Of a stretch of 64,000 bases of DNA, positions 38,340-51,680 are shown one piece after another; position 1 is the stretch's first letter; every line of letters starts with the position of its first letter. This stretch comes from Octopus sinensis. Its lineage: Eukaryota. Below the pieces are notes generated by a model. That model saw only the letters and a program-made list of their open reading frames with translations, did not search any database and was not told where the DNA came from. A program made the translations under genes and the position numbers. The stretch lies in assembly GCF_006345805.1 (NCBI RefSeq), contig NC_043005.1, forward strand, positions 6,200,001-6,264,000. Reading direction: 5' to 3'.

Positions 38340-38720
38340 GTGTCGGGGGAGGAGGAGGAGGGGGGAGGAAGAGGAGAAGAAGAATGAGGAAGAAAATGAA
38401 GAAGAAGAAGATGAAGAATGAGGAATAAGAAGAAGAATGAGGAATAAGAATAAGAATGAAGAAGGAGGGGGAGGAGGAGGAGGATGAAGGAGAAGAATGA
38501 GGAAGAAGAATGAAGAAGTAGAAGAAGAAGAAGAAGAATGAGGAATAAGAATAATAATAATAATAATAAGAAGAAGAAGATGAAGAATGAAGAAGAAGAA
38601 GATGATGAAGAAGAATGAAGAAGAAGAATGAAGAAGAAGAAGAAGCATGGGGAAGAAGAAGAAGAAGATGAAGAAGAAGAAGAATGAGGAAGAAGAAGGA
38701 GGAGGAATAAGAACACCAGC
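38340..38720. repeat. (GAA/GGA)n purine-rich compound microsatellite
   Basis: Direct reading. Confidence 0.95.
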
Positions 38721-40518
38721 AGGAAGAACAATAACAAGCAAAAAATAAAACAAAGTGAAAGGCTAATACAAGAATAAAAACAAAGAATTCCTGAAAGAAA
38801 TAAGAAAAAAGAAAAAGAAAAAGGAAAGGAATAAAAGAAATCGGAGTGGGCGGGGGGGGGGAAGAAATAGATTGAAATAAAAACAAGTTTTTATTCAAAG
38901 TTAAGTCATTATATTGTGAAAGAGAGTCTGCAGTTGTAGACTGTCTAATAGTCTGGCACCACCAGAAATTGTCCCCAGCTGGATGATGGCATTACAAAGA
39001 CTCTACTGCAATCTTACATAAGAGATACGGTTTTATATAGGCCTCAATAAACCTATTTTGAAAGAATATGAAGCCTTGTGGGTGGATTTGGTAGACACAA
39101 ACTGAAAGTAGCTCATTTTGTGTGTGTGTGTGTGAGGGTCAAGCATGGCTGTGTGGTAAGAAGTTTGCTTCCCAACTGTATGGTTCTGGGTTCAGTCCCA
39201 TTGCGTGGTACCTTGAGCAAGTGCCTGATACAAAAGACTTGTGAGTAGATTTGGCAGATAGAAACTGAAAGAAGCTTGTTGTGTGTGTGTGTGTGTGTGT
39301 GTGTGTGCATGTGTGTTGGCACAGTGGCCTAGTGGTTAGGGTGTTGCATGCACAATTGCAAGATTGTGGTTTCAATTCTCAGACTGGCAGTGTGTTTTAT
39401 TCTTGAGCAAAACCCTATATTCCCCACTGCTAGCTGCAAAAGGGTAACCTTGTGATGGACTGCCGTTCCATTCAAGGGGGTCGTTGGCCATCCTGCCTCA
39501 CCAGCAGGATGGCATCGACTGAAAGCTAGAACTGACGATGTGCATTGTGACCACGGGTGTATATAACACCATCCAATAATCTGGTTGATACCGTTGTGTG
39601 TGTGTGTATGTGTGTGTCTTGTCTCAACATCATGTGACGATCGGAAGCAAGCATTACTGTCACCCAGGCAATGTTGGTTCCAGTCTTTTGTGAAGAACAT
39701 TGCTTGGAAACAGGTGAGTGTTGGTCCCCCCACAAAAGGGATCCAGTTGTAGGAAATCTGCCAAAAAAATTCCATCCGACCCATGCAAGCATGAAAAAGC
39801 AGATGTTAAAACAATGGTGACGATGAACACTAATCTCACTTCTTTGGTTAGGAAACCCATTGAAACTGTGTGGAAGCCCTTTGTGTATGTGTCTGTATGT
39901 TTGTCCCCAGCCCCACTTGACAACTGGTGTTGGTTTGTTTACATCCCTGTCACTTAGAGCTTCAGCAAATGAGAACTGACAGAATAAGTACCAGACTTAA
40001 AGATAAATTCTGTTTGACTAAACCTTACAAAGTGGTGCCCCAGCATGGCCACAATCTAATGATTAAAACAAGAAAAAGATAAAGGATATGCCTATGAAGA
40101 AGACACCTAATGATGATCAGAAATCAATTAATTTAAAACATAATTAAATGTAATTATTGATTATATCCAATTATATGTAATCATTATTGTGCATCTTATT
40201 CTTAGATATATCTACATTAGCACCAGGCTGGATTTGAAGCCTGGGCATTATTTCGTGGGCATAAGGCCACAAATTTTGGAGAGAGTGTATATATAATTGC
40301 ATAAACTCCAGCATGGAGCTGGTTCTTTTTATTTTGTGAGCCCAGTGTGTATGGGGGGTGGTGGTAGTGGTGGTGGTGGTGGTGGTTTATATGTAGAGAG
40401 ATGAAACTAAACAACACAGTGCTTTACAGCAGATGCTCTGCCAACTCTGTCAGTAACCCGAATAGAAGATGTAACTATTTAAAATTCAGTCATCTTTAAA
40501 AGATGTGATAAATTTGTA

Positions 40519-40553
40519 TTATATATATATATATATATAATATATATATATAT

Positions 40554-40599
<46 letters not shown>

Positions 40600-40637
40600 T
40601 CATATATATATATATTCATATATATATATTATATATA

Positions 40638-40671
<34 letters not shown>

Positions 40672-40690
40672 TCATATATAAATATAATGA
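40519..40690. repeat. Interrupted (TA)n microsatellite
   Basis: Direct reading. Confidence 0.95.
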
Positions 40691-41424
40691 TAAAAAATAT
40701 ATAAACATAATGATAAAAATTATGATCGTATATTATTTAATTATATAATTATAACCATATATGACGATGTAATTATAGCCATATGCTTGATCAGAAATAA
40801 TCTGGGGGCCAAATAACAACAACAACAACAACAATATTAGATCTCTTCAGAAGATGGGAAAGAAAGATTAAGAGTTGCAGTGCACATGGTTTTTGCAAGA
40901 AACAGATGTAACAGATTTGAGTTGCTCCAGGCCCCTCACATTCCCCCCCCCCGCCCCTCCACTTTCTCATCTCCCCACTGTTTGTATTTCACTGTTTCAC
41001 TTTGTTTAAAACATAAACATCTCCTCAGTTATTTCAGTTGCAGCTCTGAAGCTCTATTTATCTATCTACATCTGCCCACATCTGTCTCAGTTTGTAAATA
41101 TCTTCTCTCGTACCATCCCACTCGGACATCACACTGACACAGATTTCTGACAAGATAAAGTCTCTGACTTTTCTTCGAATGGTGATAAGAAAGAAACATA
41201 TGGCCAGGTATTGGGACAAGCACCTGACAGGTCAGTGGTTCATATCTTATCAACTGGCACTGTATTCTGTCCATGGGCCAAGCTGCTTAGCTTTTGATGG
41301 CCTCAATTGTTCAAACTCTAACTATAAGAATGAAATTTGAAAACTTCCCAAAAGTGCAATGTGCATAAAGAACATAGAGTTAAATATGAGTCACCATGAT
41401 AGATCATTAGCCACTACACACATT

Positions 41425-41590
41425 TTTTTTCTCTCCTTGTTTTTTCTGTGTCCCTTTCTGTAGAAGAGCGTAGGCTCGAAACGTAAAAGACTTTTTCTAT
41501 TCCTGAGTGTTATACTAATACATCTGTTTGTTTTGTACACCACCTGTCCTCGACTTTTGTTTTTTTCGTAAACTCTCCCCCTATTATAGT
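41425..41590 (+). mobile_element. Probable Penelope-like terminal fragment with a hammerhead-like motif
   Basis: ctttCTGTAGAA-GAGC-gtag-GCTC-GAAACGTA-aaag. Confidence 0.5.
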
Positions 41591-42999
41591 TAAACACAAA
41601 CCAACATATTTAATGTGGTTGGCCCCAAATAAGTTTTAAACACTTGAAATTTAACCTATAATAATCAAAAAAGTTATTTATATTAATGATAATTTTTTTT
41701 CTTTTCAAGGAGGCAAGGGAAAGAACTCATCATCCTTCTCATCATCATCATCTCTTTATGTCCAGCTTCCATGCCGATATGAGTCGGACAACTTCATAGG
41801 GTTTGAGGATTGCATCACACTCTGATATCTGTTTTGGCATATTACAATGTCATCAGTCCGAATATGCTTAATGCATGTTTGAACTGGAAAACAAGCTACT
41901 CATGGCATTTTGTCACGGAGAATATTTCTTGCTTGTTGACAAATGGTGTGTATTCTTAGATCAGCTCACAGCATCCCCTACCTAGACTGCGAGATGCAAG
42001 CATTTCACAGGCACCAGGCAGACGACACTATGAGCTGATTGAAGAGATTGCCTCTCTTATGCTTTTCCAGTCACCGTACAGGGACTGGTAGAGATATATG
42101 GCAGCTCACCATATTTTGGCATAGTTTCTATGGTTGGATGCCTTTCCTAATCTCAACTATCTCACAGAGTGAACTGGGTGCCTTTTTGTGAGGTCACCAT
42201 GTAGTTTTCAAGTCTAAGAAACCCCCTTTAACTAAGTGCGGCTACAGTAGAGAAAAAGAGAGCTTTATGCCTGAAGAGGGATTAAAGTATGAAAGAAGAA
42301 AGCAGAACCGAACCGGTTTCTTGCTGCAGGGGAGCATCATGATTACTCATATTATAGGAAAAAAAAAACTCTGAAATTTAAATTAATTAAAAATTAGATG
42401 GAAGACAAGCAGTGGAGAGGTTTCCCCTGTCGGTTCAAGAGTCTTTCATTAGGGCAGAAGATCTGAATGCAATTTCTTCAGAGGCCTGAGACTGAGCAAA
42501 AGAGAAGCAAGGCTGCATTACATGACTCAAACATGAGAATGGAAGAAGTTGTTATTGGGGTAGATCTAAAGGTACTTTTAAGATGGGGTGGTTACTAGGT
42601 GTGTTTGGATTTTGTTGATTAGCCAGAGATGTAGAGAAAAATCATCTGAAGTCACGGTTTAACTGTTCTGGTGTTACGGTAGACTGGAAATATCTGTGAA
42701 GTGTGACAGGAGGACATTTGTGTGTGATGGAAGATAAGGTTTATGATAGATAAGTAAAGCATGTGCTAAATTGGTTGATATTAGAAAGTAGGAATCTGTG
42801 TTTTTGTTGTGAGTTTTGTGTGTAGGGGTGACTGGGACACAGACATGACTATGGGGTAAAGAGGTTTATCTTGGACAAGTGTCTTCTACTATAGCCCAAG
42901 GCCAACCAAAGCCTTGCGAGTGGATTTGGCCAACGGAAACTGAAAGAAGTCCATCATGCATGTGAGTGTGTGTGTGTGTATGTGTGTGTGTGAGTGTAA

Positions 43000-43030
<31 letters not shown>

Positions 43031-44291
43031 GTAAAAGACCCTTTTTGGTCATGAATGACCATCGAATTATATCTAGAAAGTTCCTCTCCAAGGCACAAGT
43101 CCAAGCAAGATTGTTTTTATGGAAGACCAGCAGTCACCCATGCATACCGGCCTCCCCTCTTCATGCCACTGATGTTATGCAAGGGAAAAGGCAAAGAGCA
43201 ATACAGCTTGGTACTAATTACACTGCAACTCATTTCTGTGGCTGAGTAAACTGGAGCAATGTGCAAGAACACAACACGCAGCCTGGTCCGGGATTCAAAC
43301 TCACAACCTCATCATTGTGAGCCCGACACTCTAACCACTCACTTTCCCTCTCTCAATGGTTTCTTCCAATTTGTCTACCAAATCCACTCACAAGGTTTTG
43401 GTCAGCTTAAGGCTATATATATAGTAAAAGACACTTGCCCAAGGCACCACAACAGTGGGACTGAACCTGGAACCATGTGGTTGGGAAGCAGGCTTCTTAC
43501 CTACCCCACCCCAACAAATATATATAAGTAATGCAAAAGGGATTGATGCAAGTTATGTAATATAACCACATTTGAATTCAACCACGCTGTTGAAACTTGT
43601 GATGTCTTGAACTATCCATTCATTCTTTGTTTACTATCTGTCTGTGCGTGTGTGTGTGTGTGTGTGTATACATATATATGGCTGGATGTGTGATATATCT
43701 ATATGCACACACACACACATATATATATATACACACACACACACATACATACACAGTGAAGACTAAGTATATTTCATATCTTGCTAATATATATATACAT
43801 ATACTGTGCTTTCAAGGTTTCTCTCTCTCCCCACCCCTTCCCACACATATCCATTCCCCCCCACTCTCTCCCACCCTTCCCACACACTATCCACCCCAAC
43901 CCCACCCCACCCACACTCCCCCCTCTCTAATCACAGCTGAGAAAATGCTGGCTCCATTTTTAGTCAGGTCCTGGTGAATAAGTGCTGCAAATTCATCAGA
44001 TTATATACACAGGTTTGTTTAGTTAATACGAAAACCGTTGCCGTTATAAATACATGTCTTTTCAGTCTTCAAACTCCCAGTGTTTAGAGTATGCTACAAA
44101 TATTATCAGTATCTTGGCTCAAGAAATTATTTCCAAAATTGTTTTTCTTCAATTTTTGTTCAGTTCCTTTTGTCTTTTATTCTTTTTGAAAAGCAATGCT
44201 TCTCTCTTTACAGGAACACCAGAGGCTAATGGTTTAAATATTGTATTTATATACATTACTATTTTTTAATAATAATAATGATATGATAATG

Positions 44292-44336
<45 letters not shown>

Positions 44337-44659
44337 TATCATTTAACATCCACTTTCCAACCCATGCCAGCATGGAAAGCAGATGTTAAATGAATGATGA
44401 TGATGATGATAATAATAATCCTTTCTGCTGAAGGCAAAAGGCCTCAAATTTGTGGGGTGAGGACTAGTCGACTATATTGAGCCCAGTGTTTCACTGGTTC
44501 TTAATTTATCAACTGACCCCAAAAGGATGAAAGGAAAAGTTGACTTCGGCAGAATTTGAACTCAAAACATAAAGATGGACGAAATACCACTAAACATTTT
44601 GCCCAGCATGCTAACGATTTGGCCAGCTTGCCTCCTTAATAATAATAATAATAATAATA

Positions 44660-44690
<31 letters not shown>

Positions 44691-44854
44691 TTCATTTGCC
44701 ACAAGGGCAAAGGATCAGGGGGACAATACAAAGACAAAGTGTGGGAGCTTACATATAATGAAATGATAAAAAAAAAGGAAAGAAAGAAAGTAATTTAGTA
44801 TACATGGTATGCACTGAAAAAGAATGGACATAATAATAATAATAATAATAATAA

Positions 44855-45295
44855 AAATAATTGCCCTGATGCAGTACCAGACAGTGGATCTCATGGCTTC
44901 TGATCTTAACTGATTGGAAGTGTTATCATGTACATTGTTTTGTCTTGGTATAAAAGATGGGCTACAGCAAATATTCTGCTCAATACCACAGATTTGCTTG
45001 TCAGTTGTTTGACCGTAACCAGTTGAGCATGTCCTTTTGTGGCTGACGATATATGCATCTCTGATCATGAGCAGAAGTAATTGGGGAGCATCAAAGCCAT
45101 GTGTTGAGAGGGATTCTTTGGGGTTTGAATAGTTCACCTCTGGAAACATGGGTGGTTCATTCAACATCCTTAAACAACCCTTATTCAGGGACCTTTTGAG
45201 TGGAATGGGTTACTCAACCAGAAGAAAATTCTAACTGGGCCCCACCTGCAAGGTCATGTGCTGTTTATCTTGATATGAGATCACCATGCCGTGCA
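44855..45295 (-). mobile_element. Unclassified ~440-bp retroposon-like segment with an (ATT)n tail
   Basis: GC-richer block bounded at low coordinates by (aat)n. One copy in the window, no protein motif recognised. Confidence 0.4.
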
Positions 45296-46997
45296 CAATA
45301 GCCTACAGTTTTATAATTTTAAACAAACAAAAAGTATGAAAAATTCTTGATTCTGTAATTTGATTGACTGTTAGTGCATAAAGTATACAAGCTGCCCTTA
45401 AAAAAACTTCTGTGTTTAAAGTGACCCGCAATGTAATTCAAGTTGGCCAAGCCTGGACTAAATGGTTAGAGCCACTTCTGACTCATTATGGTCCGAGTTC
45501 AAATTTTATCAGAGCCAAGTTTGCCTCTCATCATTTGAGGTTGATACAATAAGAACTAGTTGAGCTCTGCGGTTGATGGAATTGACTACACCCCTTCCCC
45601 CACCCCCCAAATGTAAGGCCTTGTGACTATAGTAGAAAGTATCATCATCATCATCATCAGTAGTAGTAGTAGCAGTAGTAGTAAAGCCACTGAAAGTGTC
45701 TTCTTTGGCATCGGTGATATTATACATGCCTGGCAACAACAGCTGTCAATGTATGTCAGGCATTCCTTTATTATAAGACTTCCACAGACAATCCTGTACA
45801 CTCTCTACACAAGGAATGTCAACTTGGCACAGGGCCCAATCCAAACCCCGTCTCTCTAAGCAGTATTCAGGGTAGGGTTGGAATTCAGCATTAAACTCTG
45901 CCTAAAAACATTTGTGAATATGATACATCATTGATCTGCACATTACCATGGTACCTATTTACAGTTAGTTGGATTTTACTGCTTGAGAGATGAGTTTCTT
46001 GCTCACAGACACCTCAGCACAGTGATAGGTGGGAGGTTATACACCAATGACATTCTATTCAGCGATTTGAGATGCTAATTCTTGTTGTTTAGTCCCGAGA
46101 AACCTTGATTAGGTACTTATGTATGTAGTAATGCTATCATCATCAATGTTTAATATCTGTATTTCATGATGGCATGGTTGGATTGTATGGCAGGATTTGA
46201 CTAGCTTGATGACTGCATTGATCGCTAGTCTCTGCTTTGACACAATTTCTATGCCAGCATACCCTTCCTAACACCAAGCACTTTACAGATTATACTGAGT
46301 GCTTTTTCCAAGATACAGTGGTTAAAAGATAAAGGGTAAAGACCCCCTTTGGTCATGACTGACCATGGGATTGAACCTAGAAAGTTACTCTCCGAGGCAC
46401 AAGTCCAGACAAGGTTGTTTATGGAAGACCAGCGGTCACCTGTGAATACCATACCTCCCCTCTCCATGCCACTAGTGTTATCCAAAGGAAAGGCAAAAGC
46501 TGATACAGCTTGGCACCAGTGATGTCACACCTCATTTCTACAGCCAAGTGAACTGGAGCAACGTGAAATAAAGTGTCTTGCTCAAGAACACAACAGTATT
46601 GTGATATAGTGGCAATGGGCCACCAAAGCCCCTTCACAGTGTGTGGGTGCAGAATTAAGGGAGGTGGCAGTGTGTTAGGTGTTGAGAGGCTAAAGTAGGA
46701 TTGAGGGCCATGCTGTAGAAGAGATACACGGGTACCCTAGTACGAAAGGGAGAAAATATGGTGGAGATGAGATATCAAGATGTACCCTCAAGGTACATGA
46801 ATGTGGAAAGAGAGAGAATAGGAGGGGTGGGGGCCAGAGAATTGAGGATGGCTGGGTAAGTAGGTAGGAAAGATTAGGTAAAGTGTAGGGGGAGACTGAA
46901 GATGCGCAGTGACAGGGATCAGTTGGGTACGGCGATGAAAGTAACGTTGAGACACAGAGACACAGATGTATATGTAAAGAATACTCTATTTACTTAC

Positions 46998-47098
46998 GAC
47001 AATCACACCATTCTTTCCAGAAGTTTCCAAGCTGGCGCCAAACCATTCCTCAGATTTGTCTTCCTCAACCTCCAAAGTATTGTTATTGAAAGAATTAC
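46998..47098 (-). CDS. Integrin alpha chain, internal exon A (101 bp, phase 1 to 0): (x)NSFNNNTLEVEEDKSEEWFGASLETSGKNGVIV
   Basis: Minus-strand acceptor ttgttgcattttccag and donor GTC|gtaagt. The K..xWFGAS motif is typical of integrin alpha propeller repeat 2 (cf. KSHQWFGASV in alphaV). It joins exon B in frame (VIV|ACAP). Confidence 0.93.
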
Positions 47099-47250
47099 CT
47101 GGAAAATGCAACAATAATAAATGGTAATTTACTTGAGATTAATTAGTAACAATTAACTTATAAAAGAATATTTCCTTGAGAATGGTAGAAAGTGTTAGGA
47201 AAGAAGAATTTGGAAAGAAGAGAACAGAAACAAATAAAAGGATTAAGCAC

Positions 47251-47455
47251 TGAAGTACCATCTTATTAGTTTAGTAATGAGGTACCATCTTGTTAATCTA
47301 GTAATGAGGTACCATCTCATTAGTTTAGTAATGAAGTACTGTTTCATTAGATTAGTAATGAGGTACTGTCTCATTAGTGTAGTTATAAGGTACCATCTCA
47401 TTGATCTAGTTATTAGGTACCATTTCATTGGTCTAGCTATGAGGTACCATCTTAC
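47251..47455. repeat. 27-bp minisatellite, about 8 units (aatgaggtaccatctcattagtttagt)
   Basis: Unit starts at 47251, 47278, 47305, 47332, 47359, 47386, 47413 and 47440. Confidence 0.95.
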
Positions 47456-47801
47456 TGCCATAGTCACAGAAAGTATCCAAAATTTTGGACACTTATGGTT
47501 CTTTGGAGAGGATGAAACAATACAGGAGCTTTCATACCACAGTCATAGAAAGAAGAATACTTACATGTGTATGTGTGCGTATGTGTATGTATGTGTGTGT
47601 GTGTGCCAATTAATTTGATGCCATGCAAATATAAAGCTCTACTTCATCACAGAAGTAATTGTTACAGAACTGAAAGGAAGTCAGGAACTCGGTCACCATT
47701 GGCGCTTAGCAATAGCAGGAGAGAAACATGTGGGGAACCTTTACCCAACCACAACCGCATATATGTATGTACATATATCTATCTATCTATCTATCTATCT
47801 A

Positions 47802-47840
<39 letters not shown>

Positions 47841-47965
47841 TATATATATACATATACATACACAATTTAAAAATAGGATAAAATCTTCATAAGAATTTAT
47901 CAAGTAGTTAGCATGAAAAACCTCATAAGAGAAAAAGAGCATCAATTTTTTCTTTTAAATTTATT

Positions 47966-48041
47966 TATTTATAATATATAGAGGGCACTATTACACATAG
48001 ATGCATCTATGTGTAATAGTGCCCTCTATATATTATAAATA
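47966..48041. repeat. Perfect 76-bp spacerless palindrome
   Basis: 38-bp arm tatttataatatatagagggcactattacacatagatg followed by its exact reverse complement. Confidence 0.97.
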
Positions 48042-48044
48042 TAT

Positions 48045-48458
48045 ATGTATATACATACATACATACATACATACAAACATACATACATACATACATACAC
48101 ACATACATACATACACACATACATACATACATACATACACACACACACATACATATATATATACATACATACATACACACACACACATACATATATACAT
48201 ACATACATACATACACACACACACATACATATATATATACATACATACATACACACACACATACATACATACATACATACATACATACATACATACACAC
48301 ACACATACATACATATATACATACATACATACACACACACATACATACATACATACATACATACATACATACACACACACATACATACATACATACATAC
48401 ATACACACACACATGCATACATACATACATACGTACATACATACATACATACAAACAT

Positions 48459-48489
<31 letters not shown>

Positions 48490-48748
48490 TACATATATAC
48501 ATACATACATACATATACACACACACATACATACATACATACATACATATATACATACATACATACATACACACACACATACATACATACATACATACAT
48601 ACATACATACATACATACATACACACACACATACATATATACATACATACATACATACACACACACATACATACATACATACATACATACATACATACAT
48701 ACATACATACACACACACATACATACATACATACATACACACATACAT
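48045..48748. repeat. ~700-bp (TACA)n/(CA)n compound microsatellite
   Basis: Direct reading. Confidence 0.97.
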
Positions 48749-48999
48749 GCTATATATTTTTTTTCCCCGTTGCCTTCCTTAATTGGGGAAAGAATTCTCG
48801 TTCTGATAGTGAGATGATGGAATAGAAATTAGGAAAGAAGGATGATTGTATTTTTAACATGTGCCTGACATTTTCTGCAACAACCATTGCTGGCTGACAG
48901 CACCAGCGCCATCTGTTGTTCCAGTATTATTATTAGTATCACCAACACCCCACCCAGACCAGCCTACGAGACTTTATCATTCAATTGCTACCACCACCA

Positions 49000-49229
49000 C
49001 TACAACTACTTCTACTACTATAACCACTACTACTACTACTACTACTTCTACTATGATTATAACCACCACCACTACTGCTACCACCTATGCCTTATTGCTA
49101 TTGAGGTCAATAGAATAAACAGTAATCTACTGGGATCAATTTAATTACCCAATTCCCTCACACCAAATTTCTAACCTTGTGCCCTAATTTAGAAGCAATT
49201 ACTACTACTACTACCACTACTACTACTAG

Positions 49230-49264
<35 letters not shown>

Positions 49265-49420
49265 TTACTTCTACTACTACAACTACAACTATTTCTTCTA
49301 CTACTACTGCTACAACTACTACTATTACTTCTACTACTACTACTACTACTACTATTACTTCTACTACTACAACTACTACTATTTCTTCTATTACTACTGC
49401 TACAACTACTACTATTACTT

Positions 49421-49460
<40 letters not shown>

Positions 49461-49560
49461 CATTACTTCTACTACTACAACTACAACTACTACTATTTCT
49501 TCTACTACTACTGCTACAACTACTACTATTACTTTTACTACTACTACTACAACTACTACT
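49000..49560. repeat. (TAC)n microsatellite with higher-order variant units
   Basis: Recurrent actattacttctactactac and atttcttctactactactgctacaact blocks. A short S-type fragment interrupts it near 49090-49195. Confidence 0.92.
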
Positions 49561-50414
49561 GCTGCTGCTGCTGCTGCTTAGATGCTGAGAGTGACCTACC
49601 TTAACTTCGTCTTTTTAAACCTGCCACCATTAGCATTTTTAACACAACTACTACTGTCCCCACCACCACCACTACCACCACCGCAACCACCGCCACCACC
49701 ACCACCACAACCACCGCCACCGCCACCACCACCACCACCGCCGCCGCCGTCCCCACTTTCACTCTAACTGTTGCCATCAACTCCACCACTGTTGCAGCGA
49801 TTGAACAACAACAAAGTAGTCTTTAATGAACCAATGATGGAGCCTCTATCAGGTCACTTAAGAGGCTAGAAATAATAGTCAAAATCATTTTTGAATCATG
49901 CCCTGTTATATTAAAAAGGAAAAATGACACTGATAATGTTGCCTGGGTTACATGATGCAACCCCTCCCCCCACAAACAAACAAAAATAAAAAAGAAACAT
50001 GTAGAAAGGTCATGGTTGGAATGGCTTTGTCTTATAAGGCAGAGTAATCAAAGTTTAAACGGGAATTAAACAACAAAAACAAGGGCAATTCTTGATGTTA
50101 CAAAAGGTGAGGTAAGGGACATCACTCAAATGGACCGAGGACGAATTTATGTAATCCATGTGGATCAGGAATTCTCAAACTTTTCTTGAAGAGGTTGGGG
50201 CATACCCTGAGTGAGGAATTCTTGTGGAATGGCCACGGATACCACAGAACAGATAACAATAGACATGCATTCAGGATTGTCTTCGTTTTTGGCAGCCATT
50301 TGTTGAGACAGATTTTATTCAGCTGGATGCCTTTACTGTCACCAACCCTCAACTGTTTCTGAGTACAGCAATATTTCCCCATGGCCAGACACGTTTCTAA
50401 GTAAGATTGGCGAC

Positions 50415-50618
50415 AAAGGATATGTCAGGAACCTTCTAATCTAAAACATAAGGGAGAGAGAGAGAGAGAAAGAGGGAGATATTATCAGCAGGCAACTTTG
50501 CTAGGGTTTTCTCATACCAGACATGAATAAATGTTTTACTGATGGCAACAGAACACCCATTGCTTTTGTCAAAGATCTTAAAAGGAGAGTCTTTGGTAGA
50601 CAGAAATACACACACACT
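50415..50618 (+). repeat. Inverted duplication, arm 1
   Basis: Reverse complement of 54721-54924, about 7 mismatches in 204 bp. Confidence 0.95.
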
Positions 50619-51289
50619 TTCTTAATCACAAATGCACATATAAAGGTTTCAAATTTTGGCACAAGGCCAGCAATTGCAGGGGAAGGCTTAAGTTGATTAT
50701 ATGGACCCCAGTTCTCAACTGGTACTTATTTGATCTACCTAGTAAGGATGAAAGGCAAAGTCGACCTTGTTGGAATTTGGACTCAGAATTTAAAGATGAA
50801 TGATATGCTAGCAAGCAATTTGGCTGGGGCGCTAACGATTGTGCCAGCTTGCCATTTCACATCACTTATGTAATGATAATGTTCTTTTATATTTATAATG
50901 TGATGTCGAGACAAGGGGACACAAATGCATTCATATTTGATGAATTCAGTTTCCATCTACAAAATCCACCCACAAGGCTTCAGTCAGCCTGGGGCTATAG
51001 TAGAAGACATGCAGTGGGACTGAACCCAAAATCATGTGGTTTGGAGGCAAACATCTTAACAACACAGCCACGTCTGCATCTGACCATGCCTTTTATTGGT
51101 TAATAAAACCATTGTTACTAATGCTATCAATAAAACTACATCCTGACTATACAACCATGGCTACCACCACCAACACCAAAACCAAATATGGTGGAGTTGA
51201 TTTACTAGAAATAGCAGCAACAATTCCCATCTTACAAACTTAGAGAATATGTAGGACAATTGGATAAAATAGTGGTTTGTATACATTAG

Positions 51290-51680
51290 TTTCTACTCTA
51301 GGCACAAGGCTCGAAATTTTAGGGCAGGGGGCCAGTCAGTTAGGTTGACCCCAGTATGCAACTGGTACTTAAGTTATCGACCCCCGAAAGGATGAAAGAC
51401 ACAGTTGGCTTCAGTGGAATTTGAACTCAGAACGTAAAGACAGACGAAATACCTATTTCTTTACTACCCACCAGGGGCTAAACACAGAGAGGACAAACAA
51501 GGACAGACAAACGGATTAAGTCGATTATATCAACCCCAGAGCGTAACTGGTACTTATTTAATCGACCCTGAAAGAATGAAAGGCAAAGTTGACCTCAGCA
51601 GAATTTGAACTCAGAACGTAGCGGCAGACGAAATACCCGCTAAGCATTTCGCTAACATTTCTGCCAGTTCACTGCCTTTG
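51290..51680 (-). mobile_element. Dimeric S2 SINE
   Basis: Two S2 bodies joined through acctatttctttactaccca...ggggctaaacacagagaggacaaacaaggacagacaaacggattaag. Confidence 0.8.

Noticed and set aside
38302-38898. Ser/Phe/Leu-rich ORFs
   Set aside because: Reverse strand of a (GAA)n tract.
48001-48825. Long ORFs (up to 274 aa) of YIHT/MYVC repeats
   Set aside because: They are translations of a (TACA)n/(CA)n microsatellite, open in several frames on both strands.
49158-49581. Poly-Thr mucin-like ORF
   Set aside because: (TAC)n microsatellite with no splice context or non-repetitive domain.
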